From: an uncultured Clostridia bacterium
GTDB lineage: Bacteria > Bacillota > Clostridia > Christensenellales > UBA1242
Length of the DNA stretch: 64,000 nt
Assembly (NCBI GenBank): GCA_944381185.1
Contig: CALWKE010000002.1
Location: 2,050-66,049 of the forward strand
Direction: 5' to 3'
The translations under genes and the position numbers were made by a program. Each line of letters starts with the position of its first letter. Within the stretch, counting starts at the first letter, position 1. The notes beneath the pieces were generated by a model. That model was not told where the DNA came from. It saw only the letters and a program-made list of their open reading frames with translations, and did no database searches. Of this stretch, positions 1 to 10,065 are shown in pieces.

Positions 1-368
1 ATGAAAATTTAACAGTTTTATTAACCACACATTACATGGAAGAAGCGACTATTGCAGATAATGTTGTTATTATTGATAGTGGAAAAATTGTTGCAGAAGG
101 CTCACCAAATGTTTTAAAAAATAGATATGCTAGTGATTATTTGCGAGCATATAAATACGATAAAGAGATTTTAAACATTTTAAGTGATTTAAAATTGCCA
201 TATAAAAAGAGTAAAAATTGTTTAGAGATAATCTTTAAAAATACTGAAAGTGCAAAAGATTTTCTTGTTAAAAATAATAAATATTTTAATGATTTAGAAA
301 TTGTAAAGGGTTCAATGGATGATGTGTTTTTAGCCGTTACGGGAAAAGAATTAAAGGAGAATATATGA
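1..368 (+). CDS. ABC transporter ATP-binding protein, C-terminal part (5' end outside window)
   Basis: Frame is open from the window edge. ..ENLTVLLTTHYMEEATIADNVVIIDSGKIVAEGSP.. is the H-loop region of ABC ATPases. The TGA stop overlaps the ATG of the next gene (ATGA), typical of ATPase-permease coupling. Confidence 0.85.
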   Translation, partial: ENLTVLLTTHYMEEATIADNVVIIDSGKIVAEGSPNVLKNRYASDYLRAYKYDKEILNILSDLKLPYKKSKNCLEIIFKNTESAKDFLVKNNKYFNDLEIVKGSMDDVFLAVTGKELKENI

Positions 369-1273
369 GCAGTAAGTCACAATTTAAAAAGTTAACTTAT
401 TTGACAATGCGAAATGTAAAAATTTATTTTAAAGATAGAATGACATTTTTTGTTTCGCTTATAACTCCAATCATTTTATTAGTATTATTTGTATTTTTCT
501 TGCAAACAACTTATGAAGATAGCATTTTTTCAATTATTCAGGGATTTGATGTTGACCAAAAATTTATTGATTCATTTACTGGTGGCTGGTTATTCTCGTC
601 GATATTATCAACATCTTGTATAACAGTCGCTTTTTGTTCGGGAATGATGGTTATTGATAAAATTAATAAAAATAATATAGATTTTATAGTTTCGCCTGTT
701 AAAAAAAGCATTTTACAATTAAGCTATGTGATTGCAAATGTTTTTTCGACATTAATAATTGCTTTTATATTACTTGTTATTGGTCTTATTTATCTTGCGT
801 TTATTGGTTTTTATTTATCATTTTTAGACTTATTACTTATAATTTTTACAATAGTAATAACATCACTTTTTGGAACGATTCTTGCAAATATAATTTGGAT
901 ATTCACAAAAACGCAGGGCGTTGTTAGTGGAATTTGCACGCTTGTTTCAGCACTTTATGGTTTTATTTGTGGAGCATATATGCCAATTAGCACAATGGGT
1001 TCAGGTATGCAGACTTTCACAGCATTTTTACCGGGAACTTATGCAACAATACTCTTCAGACAAGGTTTTTTAAATGGTGTTTTAAATGAAATGAGTAAAA
1101 CATTACCAAATGAGATGATAAATGGAATTGCAGAAGGGTTTGATGTAAGAATGTTATTTTTTGGGAACAATGTTTCGACACTTGCTCTTATTTTAGTTAT
1201 AACAATTTCAACATTTGTTTTATTAGGAATATTTTTGTTAATTTCAAAATTGAAATTTAGGAATAACAATTAG
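365..1273 (+). CDS. ABC-2 type transporter permease
   Basis: 302 aa polytopic membrane protein (about 6 hydrophobic segments). Start overlaps the stop of the ABC ATPase. Architecture matches ABC-2 exporter permeases. Confidence 0.8.
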   Translation: MSSKSQFKKLTYLTMRNVKIYFKDRMTFFVSLITPIILLVLFVFFLQTTYEDSIFSIIQGFDVDQKFIDSFTGGWLFSSILSTSCITVAFCSGMMVIDKINKNNIDFIVSPVKKSILQLSYVIANVFSTLIIAFILLVIGLIYLAFIGFYLSFLDLLLIIFTIVITSLFGTILANIIWIFTKTQGVVSGICTLVSALYGFICGAYMPISTMGSGMQTFTAFLPGTYATILFRQGFLNGVLNEMSKTLPNEMINGIAEGFDVRMLFFGNNVSTLALILVITISTFVLLGIFLLISKLKFRNNN

Positions 1274-1374
1274 AGAAAGTTTTCTTAAATCGACACTTTT
1301 AAATTTTTGTGTTGAGTGTTTTATGCTTTTTTTCTGTTATAATTTGTTTGTAAATTCATTAAGGAGGGAAAAAA

Positions 1375-1728
1375 ATGAATACAGACAAAATTTATGCAGA
1401 ACAAATTGCAAGTGAATATGCACCAAAAGAAGCAACAAAGGTTAATCAACTTCGAAAGTTAGATAAAAAAGCAAAGTTGCCAGCAACAATTTTTGCATTT
1501 ACATTTGGCATAATTAGTGCACTTATTTTAGGAACGGGTATGTGTTTTGCAATGGAAGTTGTTGCAACAGGTGCAGTTGCAATGGCAGTTGGTATTATTA
1601 TTGGAATTCTTGGTATTATTGGTTGCTCGGTTAATTATCCAATTTATAAAAGATTGCTTGCAAAAGGAAAGGAAAAATACGGAGATGACATTATGCGTCT
1701 TGCAAAAGAAATTAGCGAAGAAAATTAA
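1375..1728 (+). CDS. small membrane protein, unknown function
   Basis: 117 aa with an AAGGAGGG SD just upstream of the ATG and a central ~45-residue hydrophobic hairpin. No family recognised. Confidence 0.6.
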   Translation: MNTDKIYAEQIASEYAPKEATKVNQLRKLDKKAKLPATIFAFTFGIISALILGTGMCFAMEVVATGAVAMAVGIIIGILGIIGCSVNYPIYKRLLAKGKEKYGDDIMRLAKEISEEN

Positions 1729-1742
1729 AAGGGGAAGGTGCT

Positions 1743-2339
1743 ATGAATAAATCAGAAAGCAAATATTTTAATACATCACTTTTGATGAATCAAGCACTTA
1801 TTCAACTGTTAAACAAAAAAGATTATGATTTTATAACAATAAAAGAAATATGCAAAAAGGCAGGCGTAAATCGTTCTACATTTTATTTGCATTATGACAA
1901 TATTGATGATTTACTTTATGAAACAATTGAAAATTTAAATAAAGAGTTTGACTCATATTTTAATAAAAATAATGCCGTGGTGGAAAATATTGATAATGCG
2001 AGCATAAATGATTTAATTTTAATAACTCCAAAATATTTAATACCATATTTAAATTTTGTAAAAGAACATAAAATTGTTTACGAAGTTTCAATTAAGCACT
2101 ATACCCTGATGCGTTCTATTGAAAAGTATAAAAATTTGCAAAATAAAGTTTTGTTTCCAATTTTTAGTAGATTTAATATAAAAGAAAATGAATGGAAATA
2201 TTTTTCAGCATATTATATTAATGGAATTAATGGTGTGGTTTGTGAATGGATTAAATCAGGTTGCAACGACAAGATTGAAACAATTTGTGATATTATTATA
2301 AAAATGGTTGACCCAATAAAAAATAAAGAAGAAATATAA
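1743..2339 (+). CDS. TetR/AcrR family transcriptional regulator
   Basis: N-terminal HTH ITIKEICKKAGVNRSTFYLHYDNIDDLL matches the TetR signature. 198 aa, a typical size. Confidence 0.85.
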   Translation: MNKSESKYFNTSLLMNQALIQLLNKKDYDFITIKEICKKAGVNRSTFYLHYDNIDDLLYETIENLNKEFDSYFNKNNAVVENIDNASINDLILITPKYLIPYLNFVKEHKIVYEVSIKHYTLMRSIEKYKNLQNKVLFPIFSRFNIKENEWKYFSAYYINGINGVVCEWIKSGCNDKIETICDIIIKMVDPIKNKEEI

Positions 2340-2341
2340 TT

Positions 2342-2980
2342 ATGAAATTAAATATAAACTTTCAACAAAGAACAATTTTAATGGCGATATTTTCTGCTTC
2401 AATAAATCTTGCATTCATTGTTTATTATTCATATTTAGGTTTAAATTTTAAAGATGGTTTTGCAATAGGAATATCTACTTATTATTTTTTGTTGTTTTTA
2501 ATAAAAACAATAACATTGTTGATTGAAAGAATAATAATAAAAAAAGATGAAAATTCTAAATTAGATATAAGGTTAAAAAATTACAAAATTTCATCAATTT
2601 TCATTTTTGTTTTAGATTTGTGTTTAATTGCACCAATAATATTAATGGTAATAAATCCAAAAGAAGTAAGTTTTGGAATTATTCCAGCAATCGCCATGGC
2701 CACTTATTGTGTTTATAAAATCACAATATCTATTGTGGGTTATAGAAAATCAAAAAAATCAAACAATCCAACAATAGTTTTATTTAAAGAAATTAATATT
2801 ATTGGTGCGGTTGTTTCAATTTTAACTTTGCAACACACATTAATAATGGTTAATAGTGGAATGACCAATAATATGCGAACTTTATCATTATACACAAGTG
2901 TTGCATTTATAATAGTTATTATAAGTTTTTCAATAATTTCATTTCGAAAAAATCAAAAATTATTCAATCAAGCAAAATAA
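2342..2980 (+). CDS. integral membrane protein, unknown function
   Basis: 212 aa with about 6 hydrophobic helices. Starts 3 nt after the TetR stop, so probably co-transcribed. Confidence 0.6.
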   Translation: MKLNINFQQRTILMAIFSASINLAFIVYYSYLGLNFKDGFAIGISTYYFLLFLIKTITLLIERIIIKKDENSKLDIRLKNYKISSIFIFVLDLCLIAPIILMVINPKEVSFGIIPAIAMATYCVYKITISIVGYRKSKKSNNPTIVLFKEINIIGAVVSILTLQHTLIMVNSGMTNNMRTLSLYTSVAFIIVIISFSIISFRKNQKLFNQAK

Positions 2981-3005
2981 AAAGGCATTATAAAATGCCT
3001 TTTTA
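2979..3005. terminator. bidirectional rho-independent terminator between convergent genes
   Basis: AAAAAGGCATT-ATAA-AATGCCTTTTT: a 7-9 bp stem flanked by an A-run and a T-run. Confidence 0.75.
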
Positions 3006-3024
3006 CTTTGTAATTTTTGTTAAT

Positions 3025-3711
3025 TTATTTTTGTAAGGTTTTATTTTTTCTATTTTTGTATTTTTCTTTAAAGTATTTAAAATTATCAAAGAAATATAGA
3101 ACATAGCCAAGGGCGACAAACACAACAAATAGAATTGCTATCCACATAAAGAAGCCACCCCAACCAAGAGTGTTAACATCTAAAAAGAAATAAGGGTATA
3201 AAAGTGAACCACTTACATTTTGCATAATAGTAGCACGAATTAAAATAAAGATAACATAAACAATAGGCATTATGGTGCAAAGAAGAGGGTGAAACCATTT
3301 AAGTTTATTGTGTTCATAAAAAAGTATCCAATGAACCAAAAACATAATAGGCAAAATTAAATGAAGTGCAAGGTTAGAAATTGATAAAAAGTAAGAACTT
3401 GCTGTTTGTTCGCCAGCCAAAAGAAAGTTATAAACAAGGCAAGTTATCAAAATCATAATAACACACAAAAAATTAAAAGTTGGTGCAGTTTTAACATAGC
3501 CATCTTCTTTTTTTGATGATGCCTTTGCCGTTTGAATTAAAGCAGCAAGCATAACACCAAAGCAAATATAGTTGCTTAAATTTGTGTAATAAACATAAAA
3601 GTTGCCATTGAAAGTTTTATCAAAATAGCCAATGCTACCAATAATTCCAATAAACCCTAAAACGACATAAACAGTTTGAAAAATTAATTGTGTGGTTCTG
3701 TTTTTAATCAT
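3025..3711 (-). CDS. integral membrane protein (possibly Pr6Pr/FAR-17a-like)
   Basis: 228 aa, 6-7 TM segments. The YYTNLSNYICFG motif resembles the YFTxxSN motif of Pr6Pr family proteins. Family assignment is from memory only. Confidence 0.5.
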   Translation of the reverse strand: MIKNRTTQLIFQTVYVVLGFIGIIGSIGYFDKTFNGNFYVYYTNLSNYICFGVMLAALIQTAKASSKKEDGYVKTAPTFNFLCVIMILITCLVYNFLLAGEQTASSYFLSISNLALHLILPIMFLVHWILFYEHNKLKWFHPLLCTIMPIVYVIFILIRATIMQNVSGSLLYPYFFLDVNTLGWGGFFMWIAILFVVFVALGYVLYFFDNFKYFKEKYKNRKNKTLQK

Positions 3712-3760
3712 AAAAATCTCCTAAATTTAGTATTTTATAAAAATTTTTAAATATGTAAGA

Positions 3761-4606
3761 TTATTTTTTGAAAAATGCAACGGCTATTGCATCTGGACCA
3801 ACATGAGTTCCGATAGTTGAACCAATCATATAAGTTGGAATTTCATTTGTTTCATGTTGCCAAATGTGTGCATGGTCTTTTAAATATTTTTGAAGAAATG
3901 TATCACTCAATCCCGAGTAGGCAACGCAATAAGGCATTTCAAAGTCAACGCCTCCACATTTTTCAATTTCTTGATTTAAAAGATTATTTCCTTTTTTTGA
4001 GCCTATGGCTTTTCCAACAAGTTTAACTTCGCCGTCAACAACTGCAACAACGGGTTTTATTGAAAGAAGTTCACCAGTAAAGGCGGCGAGTGATGAAATT
4101 CTTCCACCTTTACGTAAATATTTAAGAGTTGCAAGAACAGCTAAAACTTTTATATTTTTTTTCTTTTTATTAAGTTCATCAGCAATTTCACTTGCTGATT
4201 TATTTTGTTTTATAAGTTTCAAAGCATACAAAATTAACACTCTTTCGCCAATGCAGGCATTCAAACTATCCACAACAAAAACTTTGCCACCAAATTTTTT
4301 AGATGCTTTTACGGCTGAATTATATGTGTTTGAAAGTTTAGATGAAAGAACAATCGCAACAACTTCGTCACCATTTTGTGTAAGTTTTTCAAATGCTTCG
4401 CTAAATCTAAATTCATTGATTTGACTTGTTTTAGGAATTTCAACACTTTCAATCAATTTTTCAAAAAATTCTTTATGTGAAAGGTTAACTCCATCAAGAT
4501 AAGTTGTGTCGCCGAATGTAACTTCCATAGGAAGCATTTCAACTCCATATTTTTCTGCTTCTTCTTTATCAAAATCGCAAGATGAATCAACTAAAATTTT
4601 AACCAT
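3761..4606 (-). CDS. DegV family fatty-acid-binding protein
   Basis: 281 aa. N-terminus MVKILVDSSCDF.. and the ..SSKLSNTYNSA.., ..LKYLRKGGRIS.. blocks are typical DegV/FakB motifs. Confidence 0.9.
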   Translation of the reverse strand: MVKILVDSSCDFDKEEAEKYGVEMLPMEVTFGDTTYLDGVNLSHKEFFEKLIESVEIPKTSQINEFRFSEAFEKLTQNGDEVVAIVLSSKLSNTYNSAVKASKKFGGKVFVVDSLNACIGERVLILYALKLIKQNKSASEIADELNKKKKNIKVLAVLATLKYLRKGGRISSLAAFTGELLSIKPVVAVVDGEVKLVGKAIGSKKGNNLLNQEIEKCGGVDFEMPYCVAYSGLSDTFLQKYLKDHAHIWQHETNEIPTYMIGSTIGTHVGPDAIAVAFFKK

Positions 4607-4608
4607 TA

Positions 4609-5061
4609 TTATTTCTCCTTATATCGAACAAAAACGCTCTGTAAATTTTTATCAATTTTGTGAAGTGAACTATAAAGATACTTTCGCTCTTGGTCGTTAA
4701 TGTTATAACTAGACAAATTCCAAATCTCTTGAATTTTATCATTAATTAAAACCCCAACATCTTTACCTTTTTGAGTTAAAGTGATTGGATTTTTATATTT
4801 TTTTTCACCACTCGCTTCTTGTGAAACTAAACCCTTGTTTTCAAGGTCTGCAATGGTTCTTGAAATTGCCGCTTTGTCTTCGCCACAAAGTTTACACAGT
4901 TTGCTAGATGAAATTCCATTTGGTTCATTAAATAAAAAATATAAACATTGAACCTGATTTCCTTTGAGACCAAATTCAAACATTTCAATATTTTTTATTT
5001 TTTGAATATTTTTGTTTATGCTTGAAATAAGAGTTGTAAATTCACTATACCTGATATCCAT
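4609..5061 (-). CDS. MarR family transcriptional regulator
   Basis: Winged-helix region ..SSSKLCKLCGEDKAAISRTIADLENKGLVSQE... The ORF track starts at TTG 5076. ATG at 5061 (MDIRYSEF..) is preferred because GGAGAA lies 3-4 nt upstream. Confidence 0.85.
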   Translation of the reverse strand: MDIRYSEFTTLISSINKNIQKIKNIEMFEFGLKGNQVQCLYFLFNEPNGISSSKLCKLCGEDKAAISRTIADLENKGLVSQEASGEKKYKNPITLTQKGKDVGVLINDKIQEIWNLSSYNINDQERKYLYSSLHKIDKNLQSVFVRYKEK

Positions 5062-5108
5062 ATTTTCTCCGAACAAATTTTCTTCACGAGTATGAATTTA
5101 ATACAAAA

Positions 5109-5126
5109 TTGTTGATTTGTCAACAA
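5109..5126. promoter_or_regulatory. inverted repeat, candidate MarR operator in the divergent marR/nudix intergenic region
   Basis: TTGTTGA-TTTG-TCAACAA is a perfect 7-bp inverted repeat, about 45 nt upstream of the MarR start. Confidence 0.4.
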
Positions 5127-5216
5127 AATTTTATATAAAAATATATAATGATTAAAGTTTACAAAAGTGATAAAAAACAGTATAATAAAAAAAGAATAAA
5201 GGTGGGGTTATAAAAT

Positions 5217-5744
5217 ATGAATAATGAAGAATATAAAAATAAAAAATTAGAATATGCTTACACACTTGCAAAGAGAAAAAAATTTTTTAAAAAAGCAAGG
5301 GCGATTGTTTTTGAGCGGAACAATATTTTGCTTATAAAAGTAACATATCCAAACAAAGAAAAAGAAGAAGAATATTTGCTTCCAGGTGGTGGAGTTGACT
5401 CAAATGAAACTGTTAAACAAGCAGTGGCAAGAGAGGCTGAAGAAGAGTATGCAGTTAAGGTCAAACCAACCAAATACCTTGGACGTCAATATTATAAAGT
5501 AAAAATGAATTTTAATGGTGAAGATTTTGTTTCTAATAGAGTTGAATATTATTATCTTTGTGAAGTTGAATCTTATGATAATGATAACCACTTTGGAATC
5601 GATGGCGAGTTTTCAGCGAATGATAAGATTTATGAAAAAATAAAAATTTCAATTGATGAGTTAATGAAAATTTCTCCCAAAAAACTTAATCATATGAAAG
5701 AAGAAGTTTATGAAAAACTAATAAATATTTTTAAAACTATGTAA
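5217..5744 (+). CDS. NUDIX hydrolase
   Basis: Nudix box GGGVDSNETVKQAVAREAEEEYAV (Gx5Ex7REUxEExGU with a G->A variant). 175 aa. Confidence 0.85.
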   Translation: MNNEEYKNKKLEYAYTLAKRKKFFKKARAIVFERNNILLIKVTYPNKEKEEEYLLPGGGVDSNETVKQAVAREAEEEYAVKVKPTKYLGRQYYKVKMNFNGEDFVSNRVEYYYLCEVESYDNDNHFGIDGEFSANDKIYEKIKISIDELMKISPKKLNHMKEEVYEKLINIFKTM

Positions 5745-5801
5745 AAATTGCACTATATTTCAAATAAAATTGATATATTTTGCGTTTTTTTGAGAAAAAA
5801 T

Positions 5802-5830
5802 AAAAAAGATAGAAAATCTTCTATCTTTTA
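5802..5830. terminator. bidirectional terminator (NUDIX gene / P-loop gene)
   Basis: AAAAAAGATAGAA-AATC-TTCTATCTTTTATTTT: a 9-bp stem with A and T flanks. Confidence 0.75.
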
Positions 5831-6730
5831 TTTTGGTTGATTTTGATTTGTATATTTTATGATGTTTTCACAAATATTTTGTATAGAATTTATATTTAAC
5901 AGGGAAGCCCTTTTTTGATTTAATTTAGTATTTTCAATATCTCTTGATGAGAGTGAGTTATCATTTGGGTCAGTGAAAAGATTGCTTACTTCAACTGTTG
6001 CGGTTGCATATTTTTTGTATGAATTTGGGTTATTTCTATAAATTTTATTTGCTTCATCAGTTGTTGCAGAAAGCAAACTTTTTTCATAGAACTCATCTGG
6101 TTTAAGATAAACAATACTTCCTATCATTGAAAGAATTTTTGATTGATAACTTTCATAATCTTTAAGTTCATAAACATAAAATTTGTCTTTATCGTTAACG
6201 CCATCAATAACTGTTCCAATATTTCCGCCGGCATCAATGATAAGTGGCATGTTAATTTTCTGTAAACACTTTTCAAGAATTTGAAGAGAAATATAGTTGT
6301 CGAAGGCAACGATGCCACTATTTGAAAGAATAGGAGAGTCTTCAAGAAAATCATAAACTTGTTTCATTCTTGATATTATATTTTTAAAAGATTTAAAATC
6401 AAAAATTTTATTTAACTCAAAAACTTCTTGCACATATTTTGAAATTTGTTTTTCTTTTTCTTTTTTGATTTCTTCAAAATCAGCTTCTTGATTTATTTTT
6501 TTTAATTCAGTTTTTAAAATTTTCGCTTTTAATTCTTCAGGACTCATTTCAAAATATCCAGGGTTTTCATAGTATTCTTGACATAGTCCACGAATAAGGT
6601 CAAGTTTAAGAAGAAAATAACTTTCTTTGCCACTATTTATTGTTGCAGACAAATTTTCTGCAATCAAAGATTTTCCAACACCTTTTGGACCAATCAAAAT
6701 TATTGATTTAGACAAATTTTCATTATTCAT
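5828..6730 (-). CDS. P-loop NTPase/kinase-like protein, unknown function
   Basis: Walker A IILIGPKGVGKS near the N-terminus and a candidate Walker B/aspartate PLIIDAGG. 300 aa. No specific family recognised. Confidence 0.55.
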   Translation of the reverse strand: MNNENLSKSIILIGPKGVGKSLIAENLSATINSGKESYFLLKLDLIRGLCQEYYENPGYFEMSPEELKAKILKTELKKINQEADFEEIKKEKEKQISKYVQEVFELNKIFDFKSFKNIISRMKQVYDFLEDSPILSNSGIVAFDNYISLQILEKCLQKINMPLIIDAGGNIGTVIDGVNDKDKFYVYELKDYESYQSKILSMIGSIVYLKPDEFYEKSLLSATTDEANKIYRNNPNSYKKYATATVEVSNLFTDPNDNSLSSRDIENTKLNQKRASLLNINSIQNICENIIKYTNQNQPK

Positions 6731-6837
6731 ATACTTATTATATCATAACTAATAACATCTTTCAATAGAATATTGAAATTAATAAAATAAATTTTCATTT
6801 TTAGATTATTGTGTTATAATGGTTTCAGGAGTAACTT

Positions 6838-8289
6838 ATGAAGAAAGTTTTAAGATATTTTTTAATTTTATCACTAATAATAGTTTTTCCGATTTTATTT
6901 ACTTCATGTGGAAATAACAAAAAACTAACAATCACTTCTAGTTTAAGTCAAATAGAAGTTTATGTTGATAACAAAAAACTTGAACTAAATAAAGAGTTAA
7001 AGGGCGATTATTCAAATAAAATATTTAAACTAAAAATAGGTAATAATGTTGACCCCAATTCAATAGAAGTTTTTGTTAATGATAGCAAAGTTGATTTAAA
7101 TGTTTTTGATGAATTTTCACTTTCAAATAATATTAATTTTGATATTGTTGACTATGCTGAATTTTCGGTGAGTAAATTATCAAAAAACACAACAATAAAA
7201 GTTGTTGCAAAAGAGCGGATTATAAATTTTAGTATTTCGTCTTTAAATGAACTTTCGCAAATTCAACAAGACTATGCGAATAATATTTTTCTTAATAAAA
7301 CATCTCTTTTAAATTTAATAACTCAAAATCAAACATATAAAACAACATTAAATGAAATTTATTCAAAGGGAATAGTTTTTGAAACTTCAAAAGTTGGAAT
7401 TTTTAATTCTGATGTGTTAAATGTAGTTTCAAGCGTAAATGAAGTTGAAAACAATATTTTAGCAATTCAAACTGAAAATTTAAAGGAATACAAGATTTCA
7501 TTATTTGATGAAACTGGTTTAAAAGTAAATTTAACTGAAAATAATTCACTTGTTTTAGATTTATCAAATCTTGAATATTCGTCTTTCAAAATAATTAATG
7601 ATAAACCCTGTAAAGCGATAACTATTGATGAAATTGGTGAAAATTCAACCGTAACTTTTGGAAGTCAATTTATTTTCAATGTTACATTTAATAAAGACTA
7701 TATGTTAAACAAACTTCAATTTGTTTTAAAAATTAACGGTGAAGAAATTTTGCCTTCAAACAAGACCGATGATTATTATAGTTATATGATTTCAAAAGAT
7801 AATGTTCCAAGTGATTTTGGAGATGGAAGCAACGCGAATGAATACATAATAACTTATGAAGGACTAGATGTTTCAAATATAAAGAGTTTGGCAGAAATAA
7901 CTTTTGATACAAATAATTTAGTTGGGTTAAAAGAAAAAGAAAATTTGTTTTATTATGAAGATGATATAAATTTCGCTTTAAAAAATGAGAATGTGATTTT
8001 TAAAATTGTTAGTTTAAATAATTTTGATGAAAATAAAAAACTTTATATAAAAATTGGCAACAAATTAAAAGATATTTCAAGTGTTCTTTTTGATGACAAT
8101 GTTTTTCCTGTTTATGAAAACGGAAAGAGAATTCTTCAAATTTCAGATAGCAACTTTGTTTTAACCATAGAATTTAAACCTACAACAAATAATGAAGATA
8201 AATTTATTGAAAGCTATAGCGAAATTTTGAATTTTGAACTAGAGATAACTGCAAATGATGATATGAATATTATTTTTTACCAAGATTAA
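6838..8289 (+). CDS. lipoprotein, unknown function
   Basis: Signal peptide plus lipobox (..PILFTSC GNN). 483 aa, N/K/I/S-rich extracytoplasmic protein. Confidence 0.7.
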   Translation: MKKVLRYFLILSLIIVFPILFTSCGNNKKLTITSSLSQIEVYVDNKKLELNKELKGDYSNKIFKLKIGNNVDPNSIEVFVNDSKVDLNVFDEFSLSNNINFDIVDYAEFSVSKLSKNTTIKVVAKERIINFSISSLNELSQIQQDYANNIFLNKTSLLNLITQNQTYKTTLNEIYSKGIVFETSKVGIFNSDVLNVVSSVNEVENNILAIQTENLKEYKISLFDETGLKVNLTENNSLVLDLSNLEYSSFKIINDKPCKAITIDEIGENSTVTFGSQFIFNVTFNKDYMLNKLQFVLKINGEEILPSNKTDDYYSYMISKDNVPSDFGDGSNANEYIITYEGLDVSNIKSLAEITFDTNNLVGLKEKENLFYYEDDINFALKNENVIFKIVSLNNFDENKKLYIKIGNKLKDISSVLFDDNVFPVYENGKRILQISDSNFVLTIEFKPTTNNEDKFIESYSEILNFELEITANDDMNIIFYQD

Positions 8290-8308
8290 AATATATTAAG
8301 GAGTGAAT

Positions 8309-9091
8309 ATGAAAATAGCAATAGTAACAGGTGCAAGTAGCGGAATGGGCAAAGACTTTGCACGAAAACTTGATAATGAAAAACTTGATGAAATTTGGGT
8401 GGTTGCAAGAAGTGAAAATGGTCTCAATGATTTGAAGAATGATTTAAAAACAAAAACAAAAATTTTAACCTATGATTTATCAAATCTTGATAATATTGAT
8501 AAAATTCAAAAAGAAATAGAAAAAGAAAAAGCAACTGTTATGTGGCTGGTTAATGCCGCTGGCTTTGGCAAGTTTAATTCGTGGGATAATATTAAAACTG
8601 AAACAAGTTTGAATATGATTGACCTGAATTGTAAAGCAGTTGTAAAACTTACTGATGTGTGTATTCCAAATATGATAGAAGGCTCTAGAATTGTTAACTT
8701 TGCATCAGTTGCAGCATTTCAGCCTGTGCCGTATGCAAATATTTATGCTGCAACAAAGGCATTTTTGCTTTCATATTCAAGGTCACTTTCATATGAACTT
8801 AAATCACGAAAAATAAGTGTGACAGCAATTTGTCCTTATTGGACAAAGACAAAGTTTTTTGATAGAGCAGTTAGTCAGGAAAACAAAGTTGTAAAAAAAT
8901 ATGTTGTTATGTATGACAGTGAAAAAGTTGTAGACAAAGCATATAAAGATGCATTAAAAAGAAAGAGATATTCAATTTATGGATTTATATCAAATGCACA
9001 AGTATTTTTAACTAAATTGTTTCCAGCATCGTTTATTGATTATGTTTGGTTAAAACAACAAAAACTAGATAAAATGCCTAAAAATAAGTAA
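8309..9091 (+). CDS. SDR family oxidoreductase
   Basis: TGASSGMGK cofactor motif and YAATK (YxxxK) catalytic motif. ATG at 8309 is preceded by AAGGAG. The track ORF starts at GTG 8303. Confidence 0.9.
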   Translation: MKIAIVTGASSGMGKDFARKLDNEKLDEIWVVARSENGLNDLKNDLKTKTKILTYDLSNLDNIDKIQKEIEKEKATVMWLVNAAGFGKFNSWDNIKTETSLNMIDLNCKAVVKLTDVCIPNMIEGSRIVNFASVAAFQPVPYANIYAATKAFLLSYSRSLSYELKSRKISVTAICPYWTKTKFFDRAVSQENKVVKKYVVMYDSEKVVDKAYKDALKRKRYSIYGFISNAQVFLTKLFPASFIDYVWLKQQKLDKMPKNK

Positions 9092-9111
9092 ATTTATATA
9101 AAATTTCAACA

Positions 9112-9138
9112 AAAACTGCATAATTTTGCAGTTTTTTC
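9112..9138 (+). terminator. rho-independent terminator after the SDR gene
   Basis: AAAACTGCA-TAATT-TTGCAGTTTTTTC hairpin plus T-tract. Confidence 0.7.
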
Positions 9139-9162
9139 TTATGCTAAAAATAGGTAAATTTT

Positions 9163-9996
9163 ATGAAAACAAATAAAGTATCTGTTTTTTATGTTCTAAC
9201 ATCAATCTCACTTTTTTTGCTTTTAATCTTTGGTGGGGTGTATGGGGTTTATGTTTCAGTTGGGTTAAACTTTGTAAAATCAAGTGTGTCGAACATTGCA
9301 AATGTAACAAGGTCAAACAATATTTCTTATGGCGGTTCAGTTAATTTTGAAGCGTCAATGTCGGGAGTTATTTTGCTTTCAATTATTTTGATAGTTTTGG
9401 CAGTTGTTGACATTGTTTTGTTAATTCGTCAAGTTGTGTTTTTTAAGCAATATAAATTTATAAAAGATTCAAGTTTTGAACATAAGATTGAAAAGAAAAT
9501 TAAATCTAAAAAAATATTAATATTTTTTGTTTGCCTTTTTAATATAATAACATTTGCGGTTGGAATAGCGGGAATATTTGTAAATGTTCGTGCTTTTGTT
9601 GGCAATAATATTTCATGGGTTTTATATTTAGTTGATGGACTTGTTTCAATTTTTTCATTAATTTCGATTGTTTTACTTTTTAAAAAGTTGGCACAGTTAA
9701 AGAAGATGAAAAAAGACTATAAAAACCGTAATAATTCTTTTGATGTTGATAAAAAAATTATTCAAGAAAGTAAAAGTGAAATTGAATATAAACAATCTAA
9801 TCAAAATTTTGAAAATAAATTTCACAACTTCAATATAGATGATTTTGAATATAATCTTTTAAAATTAAAAATGTTAAAATCTAGCAAAATATTAACAGCT
9901 GAAGAATATCAAAAGTTGAGGTTAAAGATATTTGAAATGCTTGAAAATAAAACTAATACTAGTGATGAACAACTAGAAAAACAGAGTGAAAAATAA
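9163..9996 (+). CDS. membrane protein with SHOCT-like C-terminal motif
   Basis: 277 aa, 4 TM segments. The C-terminal ..KILTAEEYQKLRLKIFEML.. resembles the short SHOCT oligomerisation motif. Confidence 0.5.
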   Translation: MKTNKVSVFYVLTSISLFLLLIFGGVYGVYVSVGLNFVKSSVSNIANVTRSNNISYGGSVNFEASMSGVILLSIILIVLAVVDIVLLIRQVVFFKQYKFIKDSSFEHKIEKKIKSKKILIFFVCLFNIITFAVGIAGIFVNVRAFVGNNISWVLYLVDGLVSIFSLISIVLLFKKLAQLKKMKKDYKNRNNSFDVDKKIIQESKSEIEYKQSNQNFENKFHNFNIDDFEYNLLKLKMLKSSKILTAEEYQKLRLKIFEMLENKTNTSDEQLEKQSEK

Positions 9997-10065
9997 TTGA
10001 TTTTGTCGTATTCTCTTTACAAAAATACCTTTACCTATTATTATGTGGCTGGAGGTATTATTTTT

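Noticed and set aside
4005-4424. 139-aa + strand ORF (and neighbours 3817..4026 and 4506..4700) inside the degV gene
   Set aside because: Fully antisense to a DegV gene with clear family motifs. It has an S/T/F/L-rich composition typical of the reverse frame of an AT-rich gene and no SD.
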